From Octopus sinensis (Eukaryota): a stretch of 64,000 bases of DNA. The notes under the pieces are model-generated. The model saw only the letters and a list, made by a program, of their open reading frames with translations, searched no databases and was not told where the DNA came from. The translations under genes were made by a program, and so were the position numbers. The stretch lies in contig NC_043020.1 of assembly GCF_006345805.1 (NCBI RefSeq), forward strand, positions 1,922,001 to 1,986,000, given 5' to 3'. Shown in pieces: positions 29,231 to 42,719 of this stretch (position 1 is its first letter; the number at the start of each line of letters is the position of its first letter).

Positions 29231-31605
29231 GTATATAAATGGTTCATATACGCGCGCGAACTTTCAAAGAAATCATTTCATATAGTTTTTTTCTTCTTCC
29301 AGGTACCATAAATGGATACTTACATACGGAATCGATGAAGCAGAAAATCTAATAAATAGTAAAAAATATAATTAAAATTTTTAATGAACATATCTTACTT
29401 ATTGATATACATGTAAATTATTACCAACATAGGGAATTATTAAAAGAAAATACACAAGCACGGTCTAAATGAACGACGTACACAGAAACATATACATATC
29501 TACGTACATATATGCGTACATAAATATATAATACACACAAACACACACACACATACACACACACACATGTATATAAATATATCTACATATTTATGTACTA
29601 CATAAATATTTCTGATGCTTGTGATCTTAACATAAGATATTTATAACCCATTGGGTTTTACATTGTCTTTACGAAAGACATCGTTAATAAAGCCATTACT
29701 ATCGACGCCTTTTGCAAAGACATCATCATTATCATCTGCATCATCACCATAATCACTATTAAGTTAATACTACCACCGCAACCACCACAACCCACCACAA
29801 TCACTACAAACAGAATTAACGTCACCATAACCGCTGCCACCATCATTGCTGTTATCAAAAGCGACCTGACCAAGAATAAGTACAAGAGTTCGATATCCGT
29901 ACGGAATATATTCGAATGAAATTATGTTTGAAAACATAAATGAAAATAAAAATAAAAATAAAAAATAGGATTAAAAAAAATTGAAATAAAAAATAGTAAT
30001 ATCATAATAAAAGACTTGTTGATCAAGGTATGAACTGTTGCACCTGTCATTCTGCAGAATGGTTCACCTTGTAAATTGCACTTATTACGAGAAAGGTGCG
30101 TTACAAAGACGTTTGTGTAAGAACAGCAATGCATTCTGTTGCGGGCCTCTCTCGTCTCGTCACTGCTCCAGCGCCGCCTGCGACTATGTGGACCAAGGCT
30201 CCGTTATCACACCTTCAGTGTGAGTATCAGTTACAATGTTATCGTATTTATAGTATTGGTGGTGGTATCAGTGGTTATGGTGGATCTGTTGTGTTGTTTT
30301 TTATGTTGTCTATGTTGTTTTTATGTTGGTGATATTGATGTCATTTTTTTTTGTTTTGTCTTTTCATGATTGCTCCATAAAATAATCTTTCAAGGCAGCC
30401 GATTTGGCAGAATCGTGAGGACGCTTTTTAGTAAAGGTTTCGCTTCTTTACGATCTAGGTTCAAACTCCGTCAGCTATTCTTTTCGCACATGATATACAA
30501 AATACCAATCCAGAATTCTTTCCCTCTATCTCTTTCTTTCTTCTTTCTTGCTCTCTCTTTATCTACCTTCTCTCTACTTATCTACCTATCTCCTCATTCA
30601 TCTTCTCTATTTGGAAGAAGTCTGCTGTGTTCAGATTCGAAGAGGGATGAGAACCTTTGAACGCAGATGATACGCTGTATGTCAGAACGGTACCCAACGA
30701 CTCCATCAGAGTTTGAGTATTCCAAACATTAGGAACGAAAAGATTTTGTCAGTAAAAGGGGATAGATTTTTATAGATGGCCTAAACCGGACACCGAACTT
30801 CAAGAGAATTCCACCAACAAAATATACCTTACACAATCAACCCAACCAGATAGTCAGGGAGCCCCTAATTGTAATTCAACATGCTAGAAGTTGCAGCCAA
30901 ATTACACCATACTCACTTAAAATAATGGAATTTATTTAAAACCCTCACTTCTTATGGATCATAGTCCATCGACGACTTTTCTTCACTGTCTCGATTTTGA
31001 CTTGTCTTTTCAGTTTCCCTCCAGTTGGACCTATGCTCTTCCTTGCAGCTTCCTTTCGCCGGGGGTGGAGAGGAGGCCTTTCTCCCCCATGTTTTGAATT
31101 GCTATAGATGTTTCTGTTACTTTACTTTTATCTCGGTACAGATGTTGGCCCTTACGCAAACTCATTTTGACCTCTGGTGAGATGTGGGTCGCATTAGTTT
31201 GGCCTCCGTATTATGAGTTGTCCAGCAGTGGAGGCCCTAGCATAAGCTTGTACTCCGCCGATATACCTCTTAGATTCATTGAGGCATAGAAGCCACCACT
31301 CCACCACAAGGACTGGACGCACTAGTATAGAAAAGAAAAGTTTGAGTAACATGGGAACAAAAAATAACAAATTATGATACATCACATTTTGAGGTGATTT
31401 GGTTGTTATTCTTAACAAATCGAGCGTTAGATTCCTTGGAAGAAAGCAGCGAATGTATACAAAAACAAGGACGGAAAAAACGGAGAATGTTACTCAAATA
31501 CAAATAAGAGGACATAACGACAGGTGTCTTTCGACTAAGGATGATTTAAATTAAGCTGGTGTGTGTGGAAATAAAAACCTGGAAAACTACAGAACAATAA
31601 TTCTA

Positions 31606-31673
31606 CAGTAGAATTTGCCTAATTTGTCGCCTCTAAAGAAAACTAAAACGCACATAAAATTAGAATTCTACTG
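31606..31673. mobile_element. 68-bp TA-flanked mini-element with pogo/Tigger-like termini
   Basis: Perfect 10-bp TIR CAGTAGAATT / AATTCTACTG, with TA on both sides (31604-05, 31674-75). Confidence 0.5.
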
Positions 31674-31899
31674 TACTTAAAATATGGCAGCCGAGAATAA
31701 CATTTTTGAAATTTACTATTTTCTATTGAAACAAAAATTATAAAAACATTGCTAGGTTTTTTTCCAAAAATAAGCCCATCCGATTTTAAGTCAATGGGCT
31801 TATCTTTAGAAACTCTTTTCATGTACAACTCCAGTACTTGTTATTAATTTCAGAAAAAAAAAATAATTCAAGCCAAATTATTTAAGTTTGTATTTAGTC

Positions 31900-31999
31900 N
31901 NNNNNNNNNNNNNNNNNNNNNNNNNNNNNNNNNNNNNNNNNNNNNNNNNNNNNNNNNNNNNNNNNNNNNNNNNNNNNNNNNNNNNNNNNNNNNNNNNNN
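31900..31999. other. Assembly gap (100 N)
   Basis: Run of exactly 100 N, a conventional unknown-size scaffold gap. Confidence 0.98.
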
Positions 32000-32577
32000 T
32001 TACCGTTATGCGTTTCTGAATGAAATAAAGTCGAAATATTTTAGAATTTCAAACACAAGAGTCTATATAAATGAGTTCAAAAATTTAATTAAATATCAAT
32101 ATCAATGAAAGGGAAAGAATAATTAAAAATATTTAATTAAACATTAAAACATATTAAACTATAGTATTTAAAGAGTTATAATAAACTCCAAATATAAATT
32201 AGACATTTTCTTTAGAAAGAAACCGTAAATTGATTCTTGCAAAATTTTACGAACGTTTCCGTCAACTGGAATCAATATCATTTTCGATAACACAAATAAT
32301 TCAAATTATTAAATGAAATATAACATAATGGTTATATTTTCAATATGTGATGGCGTAGTTTTCTATTTTGCGTATATAAGTATATGTATATGTATATGCA
32401 TATATATATATTATATATATATATATATATATACACACACATAAACATATATGTTTGTGTATGTATGTGTGTGTATACATGTATATATGTGTATATATAT
32501 ATATGTTCATGTACATATATATGTATATATATATATGAATATTACCAAGCAGAATTATAAAATACATAGAACTGTAT

Positions 32578-32737
32578 AGGCGCAAGTGTGGGTGTGTGGA
32601 AAAAATTGCTTAACAGCCACATAGTTTCGGGTTCACTCTAACTGTGTGGCACCTTGGACAACTGGCTGCTACTATAGTCTTTGGCGAACCAAGCCTCGTG
32701 GGTGGATTTGGTAGACGGAAACTGAAAGAAGCCGGAC
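32578..32737 (+). mobile_element. SINE group C 5' half, diverged
   Basis: GTGGCACCTTGGACAA...GGATTTGGTAGACGGAAACTGAAAGAAGCC. Confidence 0.8.
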
Positions 32738-32887
32738 AAATGTATATGGTATATATATATATACAAAAATAGATAGATAAGTTTGTGCGTGTATATATAC
32801 ATATACATACATACATACATACATGCATACATACATACATACATACGTACATACATACATACATACATACATACATACATACATACA

Positions 32888-32918
<31 letters not shown>

Positions 32919-33258
32919 GTGCATGCATACATACACATATATATACAGATTTGGTGAAAAGTCATCCGACAGTAAATCAAAATTCCATAAATACTTAATT
33001 TTCAATTTTATTTATTTCATTCCAATTATGAATGTTTAATAATTGAATGCTGTGAGTTAAAATCAACGATTATTTGTTGTTTTTGCAACATTTGTTTATT
33101 TATTAGCAAAGTCTCATATAAAATTACTTTTTGATTTAAAGTTGTAATTAAATGGGTTTTGATTTGCTGTCAAGTGACTTTTGGCTGCTATTTCTAAATT
33201 TTCGGTATGTGGTGAAGCAGCTTGTTGCTAAACCCTTAATTATTGTTATAATTATATA

Positions 33259-33420
33259 TCACTTTGATCACTTTGACCGGCCAGTCCGTCAGGCGTCCAT
33301 TTGACACCGCTAGTCACAGCACGCTGTCCACTCCTCTCTGGATCGCGCCTTTCTCATCCACGTGATCCCAATCGTCCTCCTGAAATCGTCACTCCACCGT
33401 CGTGGAGGTCTTCCCGGTGG
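33259..33420 (-). mobile_element. 5'-truncated RTE-clade LINE 3' end
   Basis: Translation PPGRPPRRWSDDFRRTIGITWMRKARSREEW (GRP..RW.D C-terminal motif of RTE ORFs), a short 3' UTR and a (CAAAGTGAT)2 tail. Confidence 0.75.
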
Positions 33421-33563
33421 AAAATTATATATATATATATATATATATAAAAACCTTCTTATATAAGTTTTTACCGAATATGGTTCTTTTCCATACCGAA
33501 ACTACTCGGTAAAATGAATTAATTTATTAAATTAACAATTCTTTACCTCATATCTGTAATGAT

Positions 33564-33594
<31 letters not shown>

Positions 33595-34139
33595 ACACAC
33601 ACACACACAAACAAACACACACATATATATATATATGTGTGTAAGTAATTGTGCACATACCTATACAAGTACATTTCTCTATTTGGATTGTGATGACCGG
33701 TTATTAGAATATCCATACTTGCTCTCTGATCGTCATTAGTTGTGCTTAAGTACGTCGGTTGGTAAGAGCTAGTTTAAGGCATGAGCGTATCATAGGAATC
33801 GAAATATTGCAGAGTGTCTTTATTCCATTTAAACTACAAAGAAAAATATTTATGCATGTGGCATCATACATAATACTTTAACGATACACCTGCTGCGTGT
33901 CTTGCTGTGTTATATATGTGTGTGTGTGTGTGTGTGTAATGCATAGCCGAACTTACCTCATTACAAATTGCTACAGAAGTCTACGTTAATATTTAAGTAC
34001 CTCAAAATTCCCGAGAACATGTTGCATATATGGAGATACAAAGGTATACATGCTTAAACGCAGGAGTATATACACAGATGCCCCTGCATGGTCGCAGTCT
34101 AATGACTGAAACAAGTAAAAGAATAAAAAAGAAAAAGCT

Positions 34140-34179
<40 letters not shown>

Positions 34180-34545
34180 TTATTTTATGCAAATAAAAAA
34201 TGTAAAAAAAATACAGGGCAACAAAAGTCAATTAGATGCACACCGTGGATATGTTAGTATGACGCTCAGTGAAACTTTTTTAGATAAATAAATAGGAGTA
34301 GAAATGACATTTCGAGCATGGCTCTTTGTCGGAAAGAGGAAAATGTCCAGAGAAGAGGAAAAGCAGAAAGGATCATAGAGTCCGGGGGTAAGCATGTGTC
34401 GTTAAATGGCCGCAAAATCCACATGCATTTAAATGAATACACACACACACGCACGCACGCGTGCGCACACACATGTATTTACATATGTAGCTGTATACGA
34501 GTATATACCCAAATGGATGTGTTTAGAGGGGTATCGAAACAAGAA

Positions 34546-35439
34546 CGAGAGGGTACCCAAAAAGAAACCAGAATTTTGCGATATTATTTTATTCACTTAG
34601 TTTTACATGTTTACACTTTTTTTGCCTTCAAAGTATTCTCCATTTGAAGCGATGCATCGGTCCAGACGGGTTTTTCACTATTCGAAGCAGTGCTGGAACT
34701 CTTGCGAAATGATGTCTTTTAACGCCTCCGTAGTGTTTTTATTTTCTTCACCTCTTCCACGCCAGCTTTTGTTACCAGTGATAACCTTTGAAAAAAGGTC
34801 CGAATCAACTTCCAACTGTTCTTTCAGTTCACGACACACATCCAGTTGTGACTGCTTTTGATCTTCCGTGAGCAAGTGAGGCACAACATTTTGTTGCAAC
34901 TCTTTTCATTCGCAAACCTTCGCTCAAAAATTCGTTTGTCAGGAGCTCCAGAACGATACTAGTTATATTAACAAGTCCGTTAATTTCTCAGAGACAGTCC
35001 TTCAAGATCAGTTCATGAATTTTTATGATCTTTTCATTAGTTCGGGATGTTGATGGTTGCTCTGAATGAGATTGGTCTTCAAGCAACAAGTGACCATTCC
35101 TAAAGCATGGAAAACACTTGTAAACTTGTGTTTTGCTCATGGCATCGCCCTTGTAAGCTGTTTGAAGCATGACAACTGTTTTGATTTCTGTTTTCTCTTG
35201 CAGAAAACAGAATTTCACAGAAGCATGATGCTCTTTCGTTTCAGACATCGCAAAAATCGACAAACAGAGAAGCACTGTAAAACAAAGACGCACCATGTGG
35301 CACTATGACCCCAATGGACAACACCGGTCCACATACTGATGCCTGAGTGTCGCATCAAGTGGCTTCTAGCGACGGAAGCCTGAACTACAAGAGGCTTGTC
35401 CCACAAATAACGTTTCCAGTTACTTTTGGGTACCTCTCG
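34546..35439 (-). mobile_element. Mariner transposon, internally deleted and decayed
   Basis: Imperfect TIRs CGAGAGGGTACCCAAAAAGAAACCAGAA / CGAGAGGTACCCAAAAGTAACTGGAA with TA at 35440-41. Transposase pieces: MSETKEH..VKFCF..KT..ETVVMLQTAYKGDAMSKTQVY, VVPHLLTEDQK, VITGNKSW, then directly the C-terminus RLDRCIASNGEYFEG. Confidence 0.93.
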
Positions 35440-35595
35440 TATATTCATATTTGCCCCTCACCAATTTAAGTACATTAATGTATAATTATATACATAGACG
35501 TACATATATTGACACCTAGGTATATACTACCTGCACATACGTATATGCATATATACACATATATACACATATCTATATGTCTTTTATCTTTTATC

Positions 35596-35738
35596 AAATT
35601 CCGCCAAGGTCGAATTTACCTTTCATCCTTTCAGGGTCGATAAAATAAGCACCAGTTAAGCACTGGGGTCGATGCAATCGACTTAATCCCTTTGTTTGTC
35701 CCCTCCGTGTTTAGTCCCTTGTGGGCAATAAAGAAATA
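35596..35738 (+). mobile_element. SINE group A (long tail), 5'-truncated
   Basis: Central block and tail ending TGTGGGCAATAAAGAAATA. Confidence 0.85.
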
Positions 35739-35744
35739 AATATG

Positions 35745-36230
35745 TATTCGTTTGCGATTTAACTTATATCCTAAACAATTCTTGTGCAAATTCAAAATAA
35801 TTTTCATCAAGTTTTCAGACAATTCTTTTCCATTTGGTGCCATTTTAATCACAATGAAGAAGATTTTCACCACGGTACACAAATCAGAATTCCTGCAGAT
35901 GTAATAACAATGACGGTGCAAAAATGCTAGGAGAAATAATTTATTAGAATTGAAATTATCAGCAATATCTGAATTTATTAAAAAAAGTGGATAAAATATT
36001 GAATATAGCAAATTTCCTTCAGGATGTACATATTTTTGTAACGTTTGAAAATTAATATTTCGTTCATATCTTTGAAAATGTTTATTATTTTGTGTTGCAA
36101 GTTTGTATAATATTTGCATGTATAATGTAATTTATTCAATATAAATTTCGTTTGATTTCCTTCGATATTATCATAATAACGGAAATTTACTGAAATTTTT
36201 TAGGGGTGTACATACTTCTGTGATATAATG
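35745..36230 (-). mobile_element. Tc1-like transposon 5' end
   Basis: TA followed by TIR-like CATTATATCACAGAAGTATGTACACCCCT at 36230. ATG at 35843 starts MAPNGKELSENLMKIILNLHKNCLGYK (Tc1 paired-domain start). The element is cut off at an A-group SINE. Confidence 0.8.
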
Positions 36231-36272
36231 TATCTATCTATATATAACTATCATCTATCTATCTATCTATCT

Positions 36273-36306
<34 letters not shown>

Positions 36307-36309
36307 ATC

Positions 36310-36356
<47 letters not shown>

Positions 36357-36391
36357 CTGTCTGTCTGTCTGTTTCTATCTGTCTATCTATA

Positions 36392-36434
<43 letters not shown>

Positions 36435-36673
36435 TTCGAAACGTTTAGTAGATGAAACCTTAGCGACTGAAGAAGGGGATTTTTCGTTGTGCTTATTGTC
36501 CTGTATCTCTCTTGTTTTTGCTTGTCTTGTTCCTTGGTTTGTGTCTATGTGTTTCGTCTCTATGTGTTCGACGTCTTTTTGGTGTCCTGTACACATATAT
36601 GCGTGTATATGTACATGTAGAGGTAGGTACGTACATATATTTTATATATATGCATATGTTCTATTTTATTAAC

Positions 36674-36704
<31 letters not shown>

Positions 36705-37294
36705 TATATATATATAATATATATATATATATACATATATATAGATAGATAGATATATATATATGCATATATGCATATATATGTATATATGTATATACGT
36801 ATATACATGATGCATGATATATATCATGCATCAGCATGGCCGCAGCTCTGAGCTGAAACTTAAAAATAAAAAATATATATACATACATATATATATACAC
36901 ATATATGTATATATACATATATACATATGAGCGAGAGAGAGAGAGAGAAAGACAGAAAGAAATAGGGAGCATTTGTGTGAATAGAGGCGTCGTTTGATCA
37001 CCTGGTACTTAGCAATATATATTTTGGATCTTTATGCCCCGAGTCCAATCAAGTCCCATTGAGGCGAAATCTACCTTTCATCCTTCCAGGCCAACGAATA
37101 TATAGCAATATTGCTGTTGCATCCACTTCTCGCTCCAGTTTCCACATTCTGAATCTTCCATCGAATCAAGGGCCGTAAGGGGGGTCCGTCCGTATGTGCT
37201 AACGATTATTTTTTGGTATTGAAACAATTTGTAAACTAACTGCCTAATCCCAGTAAGACCGCCATCCGTAGAACGGACAGGAAAATATAAACTA

Positions 37295-37843
<549 letters not shown>

Positions 37844-38079
37844 TATCAACCAAATAACGAATCTGCCTCTATGAAGCAACACAACAACTATTAGTAAATG
37901 GTTCGCAAATATTAAGAATTTTTTGCAATCTGAAATGGTAGATTTCCTCCGTGCATTAAGAATATTCTGCATCAACGAAGCTTCAGTCACCCCTCCGTAT
38001 CTAATCCTTTATTTTTAAAAGCATTTATCTTCGCAAAATGTTAAGCCACAACCGCCGACGAGAGAATCAGGAACATATG

Positions 38080-38448
38080 GAGACGGTTGTGGCTGTATGG
38101 TAGGAAGTTTGTTGTCCGGCCACATGGTTCTTGGTTCAGTCCCACTGTGTAGCACCTTGGACAAATGCCATCTGCTTTAGCATTTCCTATAGAAACCGGT
38201 CCTATTAATGTGTGCGTGTGTGTGTGTCTTTGTGTTGTGTGTGTGTGTGTGTGTGTGTGTGTTTATGTGCTGATGTGTTCACGTCGCCGTAGCTTAGCGA
38301 TTCCGCCAAAGTGACCGATAGAAGAAGTACCAGGCTTAAAATATAAAAAATAATAAGTACTGGGGTTGATTTCTCCGATTAAAGTTCTTCATGGCGTTGC
38401 CTCAGCATGGCCGCAGTCTAATGACTGAAATAAGTAGAAAGATAAGAG
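38080..38448 (+). mobile_element. SINE group C, full span with (TG)n middle
   Basis: Head at 38080; tail CAGCATGGCCGCAGTCTAATGACTGAAATAAGTA. Confidence 0.75.
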
Positions 38449-39494
38449 ATATTGTACGCAAGAAGATTACTGCTTTCTTTTGACAAGACTTTATGGATAA
38501 TACAAGATCACCATCCATCATTTGAGACGCTGATGGATATCAGAGACTCAGTTGAAATCTTTATAATTATTGTCTTCTATATAATGCATTCGACTGAGGA
38601 AGGCAACCTTTAACGAATTTTCAAAAATTGCTGTTTTCGCCTTAGAGATATATTTAAAACCTCATCTTTATCCATGCAAAAACAAAAGAAAAAAAATTGA
38701 GCCAAATTCACTCTCTTTCACATTTAAATTGAAGTTGGAGAAAAGTGATAAACAAGCAAGGAGTTGGAACAGGGGAGTACAAACGTTAAAAAGATAAATT
38801 GCCACTTGATAATGAAGCTTGTATGGTAAATTTTGACGGCGATAAGAACGTAATGGATTTACACTAGTTCACAAAAAGAGTTATAGATTAATAACAATTA
38901 ATATGCAATTTTTTTTGTCAATAAATCCACGTTTATCAGAAAACTATATTTCACTTGAATAACACATTCGAGTTCCTAAACAATCAAATCTATAAACTAG
39001 CTACAAATTAAAAAGATATAATAAAAATTTCCAATTGTCTTCGTGATTCACAATATCAACACTCATTAGACAATAATATTTCACTTAAAGACGTATTCAA
39101 ATTTGTAAATAATTCACTTGCTCGTAAAAAAATGCGAAGCTAAATCATAAATATTCTTTGGAAATCTCTAAACAGTTTTTGTGACAAATTCCGAAAAATG
39201 TTGAATATTCTCTTCCACCACCATTTATTACTCATGCTCTACACTAAGAATCAACAACTTGCAATGGGAAATATATAATGTGATGATGTCTTCAGAATAT
39301 TATAAAACACGAAATATCAACATTTTGATACTTTTAGAGGAGAAAAAAATCTCATCGACTTCTTTAAAGAAATAAATTTAAGAACAACACTAGATACAAA
39401 CCTAAACACTGTCAAAAACTTCTCTATTATGCGAAATCTCTGCTATAGAAACTTAGCAAATCTCTACTATAGATAATATTCCCTCCTTTCGGAG

Positions 39495-39906
39495 GGCGGC
39501 GAGCTGGCAGAGTCGTTAGCACGCCCAGCGAAATGCTTAGCGGTATTTCGTCTACCGTTACGTTCTGAGTTCAAATTCCGCCGAGGTCGACTTTGCCTTT
39601 CATCCTTTCGGGGTCGATAAATTAAGTACCAGTTACGCACTGGGGTCTATGTAATCGACTTAATCCGTTTGTCTGTCCTTGTTTGTCCCCTCTGTGTTTA
39701 GCCCCTTGTGGGTAGTAAAGAAATAGGTATTTCGGCTACCGCTACGTTCTGAGTTCAAATTCTGCCATGGTCAACTTTGCCTTTCATCCTTTCGGGGTCT
39801 ATAAATTAAGTACCAGTTACGCACTGGGGTCGATATAATCGACTTAATCCGTTTGTCTGTCCTTGTTTGTCTTCTGTGTTTAGCCCCTTGTGGTCAGTAA
39901 AAAAAT
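39495..39906 (+). mobile_element. SINE group A full copy (39495-39725) plus tandem headless duplicate (39726-39906)
   Basis: Direct repeat of about 180 nt starting at GGTATTTCG. Confidence 0.9.
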
Positions 39907-40221
39907 AGATATACATGCATACACACATACATACATGCTTGCATGTAGAGTGCTCAGCCACTTACACGTTAATTTCACGAGCAGGCTGTTCCGTTGATCG
40001 GATCAACTGGAATCCTCGTCGTCGCAACCGACGGAGTGCCACAATAACATCTGTTTAGTACTGAATTATATCCATGCTTTATAATCGTGTGTATGTCTGT
40101 GTACGTATGTACATACATACATACGCCGAACTATTGAGAAATTTGCAGTTACTCTATCCAGATTACGGGTTTAGGTTTATACCCGTAATTATTGGGGCTC
40201 TGAGATATATAACATACTGCC

Positions 40222-40303
40222 TTTTGAACTCAGAACGCAGCGGCAGACGAAATACTGCTAAGCATTTCGCACGGCGTGCTAACGTTTCTGCCAGCTCGCC
40301 GCC
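40222..40303 (-). mobile_element. SINE group A head only
   Basis: Reverse complement matches the first about 80 nt of the 39495 copy. Confidence 0.85.
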
Positions 40304-40354
40304 TTGTATGCATATTATATATGTATATATATGTGTGTGTGGTATGTGTGTGTG

Positions 40355-40419
<65 letters not shown>

Positions 40420-40782
40420 GATATACATACATACAAACATATGTATATATATATATCTACATACATATATTTTTGTATGTATGTATATAATTATACACAC
40501 ACATACACACACATATACATATATACATATATGCATATATGCATACATGCACACATACATACATACATGCTTGCATACATATGTAAGAATATACATAGTT
40601 AATGTATAATATTTTGCCGCTGTTACATCAGAGGTTGCGCCGTTGAAGGCGACTTTTGAAAACAGTCACTTTTAACGTCGAAACTTTCAGTAAACAATCA
40701 CTAGAAACGAACAGTTGTTCATTCAGTACAGTGCAATGCATTGAATAAAGAACGCCAGCAGTCTATTACAAACTGTTTAGTG

Positions 40783-41018
40783 TGGAAGCGCAGTGGCCTA
40801 GTGGTTAGGGCAGTGGACTCGCGATCGTAGGATCACGGATTCGATTCCCAGACCGGGCGTTGTGAATTGTTTATTGAGCGAAAACATCTAAAGCTCCTCG
40901 TAGCTCTGGCAGGAGGTGGTGGCGAACCCTGCTGTACACTTTCGCCACAACTTTCTCTCACTCTTTCTTCCTGTTTCTACGGTCACACTATGTGTCACGC
41001 TGAATGTCCCCGAGAACA
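40783..41018 (+). mobile_element. SINE group B, tail type 3 (truncated)
   Basis: Same head and body, then diverges after CTCACTCTTTCTTC into CTGTTTCT...TGTGTCACGCTGAATGTCCCCGAGAAC. Confidence 0.8.
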
Positions 41019-41055
41019 AACTATATATGTATAGCTTGGTGGATGCAAATGGTTC

Positions 41056-41091
<36 letters not shown>

Positions 41092-41986
41092 CATACATAC
41101 ATACACATACATATACATATATATACGTACATGCACAGAAAATATGGATATATATAATATATCGATATTGATATATATCTACACATATATATATATAGAG
41201 AGGGAGAAAGAGAGAGAGAGTATGTATATGTATATATATATATATGTGTATATATGTGAGTGTGTGAGTGTGTGTATCCAGGAGGGAGAGTGGAAAAAGA
41301 AGAATGAATTAGAGACATTGTAGAAATAAACAACAGAGTTTTCTATTAGTCTCAAAAGAGATATAAAAATGTTTTTTAAAGTCTTTTTTAGTATACCATC
41401 ATACCACTTCATACCAATTCATACCTCATATTGTATGAAATATTTCTACTTTTTCTTCATATATAATCACGGTACTTCACAAATAATGAGGTTTAAATCT
41501 TATTAGGAAATTTAAAAGATGTCGAAAAAAAAAATCAATGAATGAAATTAGAAGAGCCATGCTATAACTAATGATACACCATTCTTCTTCCAGTTTCTTT
41601 TGTCTAAAAATATTCTCCAATCACTGCCACGTTCTTCGTTCTTCGTTCGGTCTTCTGTTTTTTTTACTGAAGAGCATAGTCATTTTGTTTATTTATTGTT
41701 ATTTGTTTTGTTTTTTTGTTTCGGTGTCGTTTGTAACAATGAAAATTCTGTTTGTGTTGTTCTCACATAACAAATCGACTTAAACAATGTAAAAATTTAT
41801 GAAGAACATTCTTAAGTGTGTGTGGTATATAGATCTCTAAAGATTTTAGCGTTAAAAGCAAAGATGACAAAAATGGAATTCACACATACATACATAAATA
41901 CATACATTACATACATACATTGCATATACACATACATAATATATAATCTATACATAATATATCTATCTATATATATATAGATAGAC

Positions 41987-42062
<76 letters not shown>

Positions 42063-42063
42063 G

Positions 42064-42365
42064 TGGAAGTGCATTGGCCCAGTGGTTAGGGCAGTGGACT
42101 CGCGGTCGTAGGATCGCGGTTTCGATTCCCAGACCGGGCGTTGTGAGTGTTTATTGAGCGAAAACACTTAAAGCTCCACCAGGCTCCGGCAGGGGGTGGT
42201 GGCGATCCCTGCTGTACTCTTTCGCCACAATTTTCTCTCACTCTCTCTTATGTTGGCCTGCTCGCTTAGCCAGCGGGGTGGCGTCATTTGAAGGCTAAAA
42301 CAGTGCGAAGCGCATTGTGGCCAGCGATTTGTAGCAACATCTGATAACCTGGTCGGTCACGGTGA
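42064..42365 (+). mobile_element. SINE group B, tail type 1
   Basis: Box A TGGCCCAGTGG and box B-like GTTTCGATTCCC; tail ends GGTCGGTCACGGTGA. Confidence 0.9.
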
Positions 42366-42408
42366 ACAAGGTGATATATATATATATATATAGATATATA
42401 TATATATA

Positions 42409-42467
<59 letters not shown>

Positions 42468-42474
42468 GTACATG

Positions 42475-42507
<33 letters not shown>

Positions 42508-42719
42508 ATATATATATATATATGACAAATGGTTATTTTATAAAACTATTGCGCACATACAATAACAGCCATACCAACAATCCAACATACGTCTATCATC
42601 AGCTATCTCACGGATATCACTATTGTTTCGATACCTGGGCGGTACCACTCAATCCGGTGGTGGCAAGAATTATAACATCTTCTCTTAAACTGTATTGTGC
42701 ATAAATGTATTAGAAAGAA

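Noticed and set aside
31900-31999. Relationships between features on either side of the N gap
   Set aside because: True distance and orientation across the gap are unknown, so no positional inference was made across it (only family-level repeat comparisons).
35249-35296. Signal-peptide-like start MVRLCFTVLLCLSIFA
   Set aside because: It is the mariner 5' UTR read in frame upstream of the transposase ATG at 35248.
39421-39475. Short direct repeats (TCTCT.CTATAG) with spacers, superficially CRISPR-like
   Set aside because: Eukaryotic context, short degenerate units, no regular repeat-spacer array and no cas genes.
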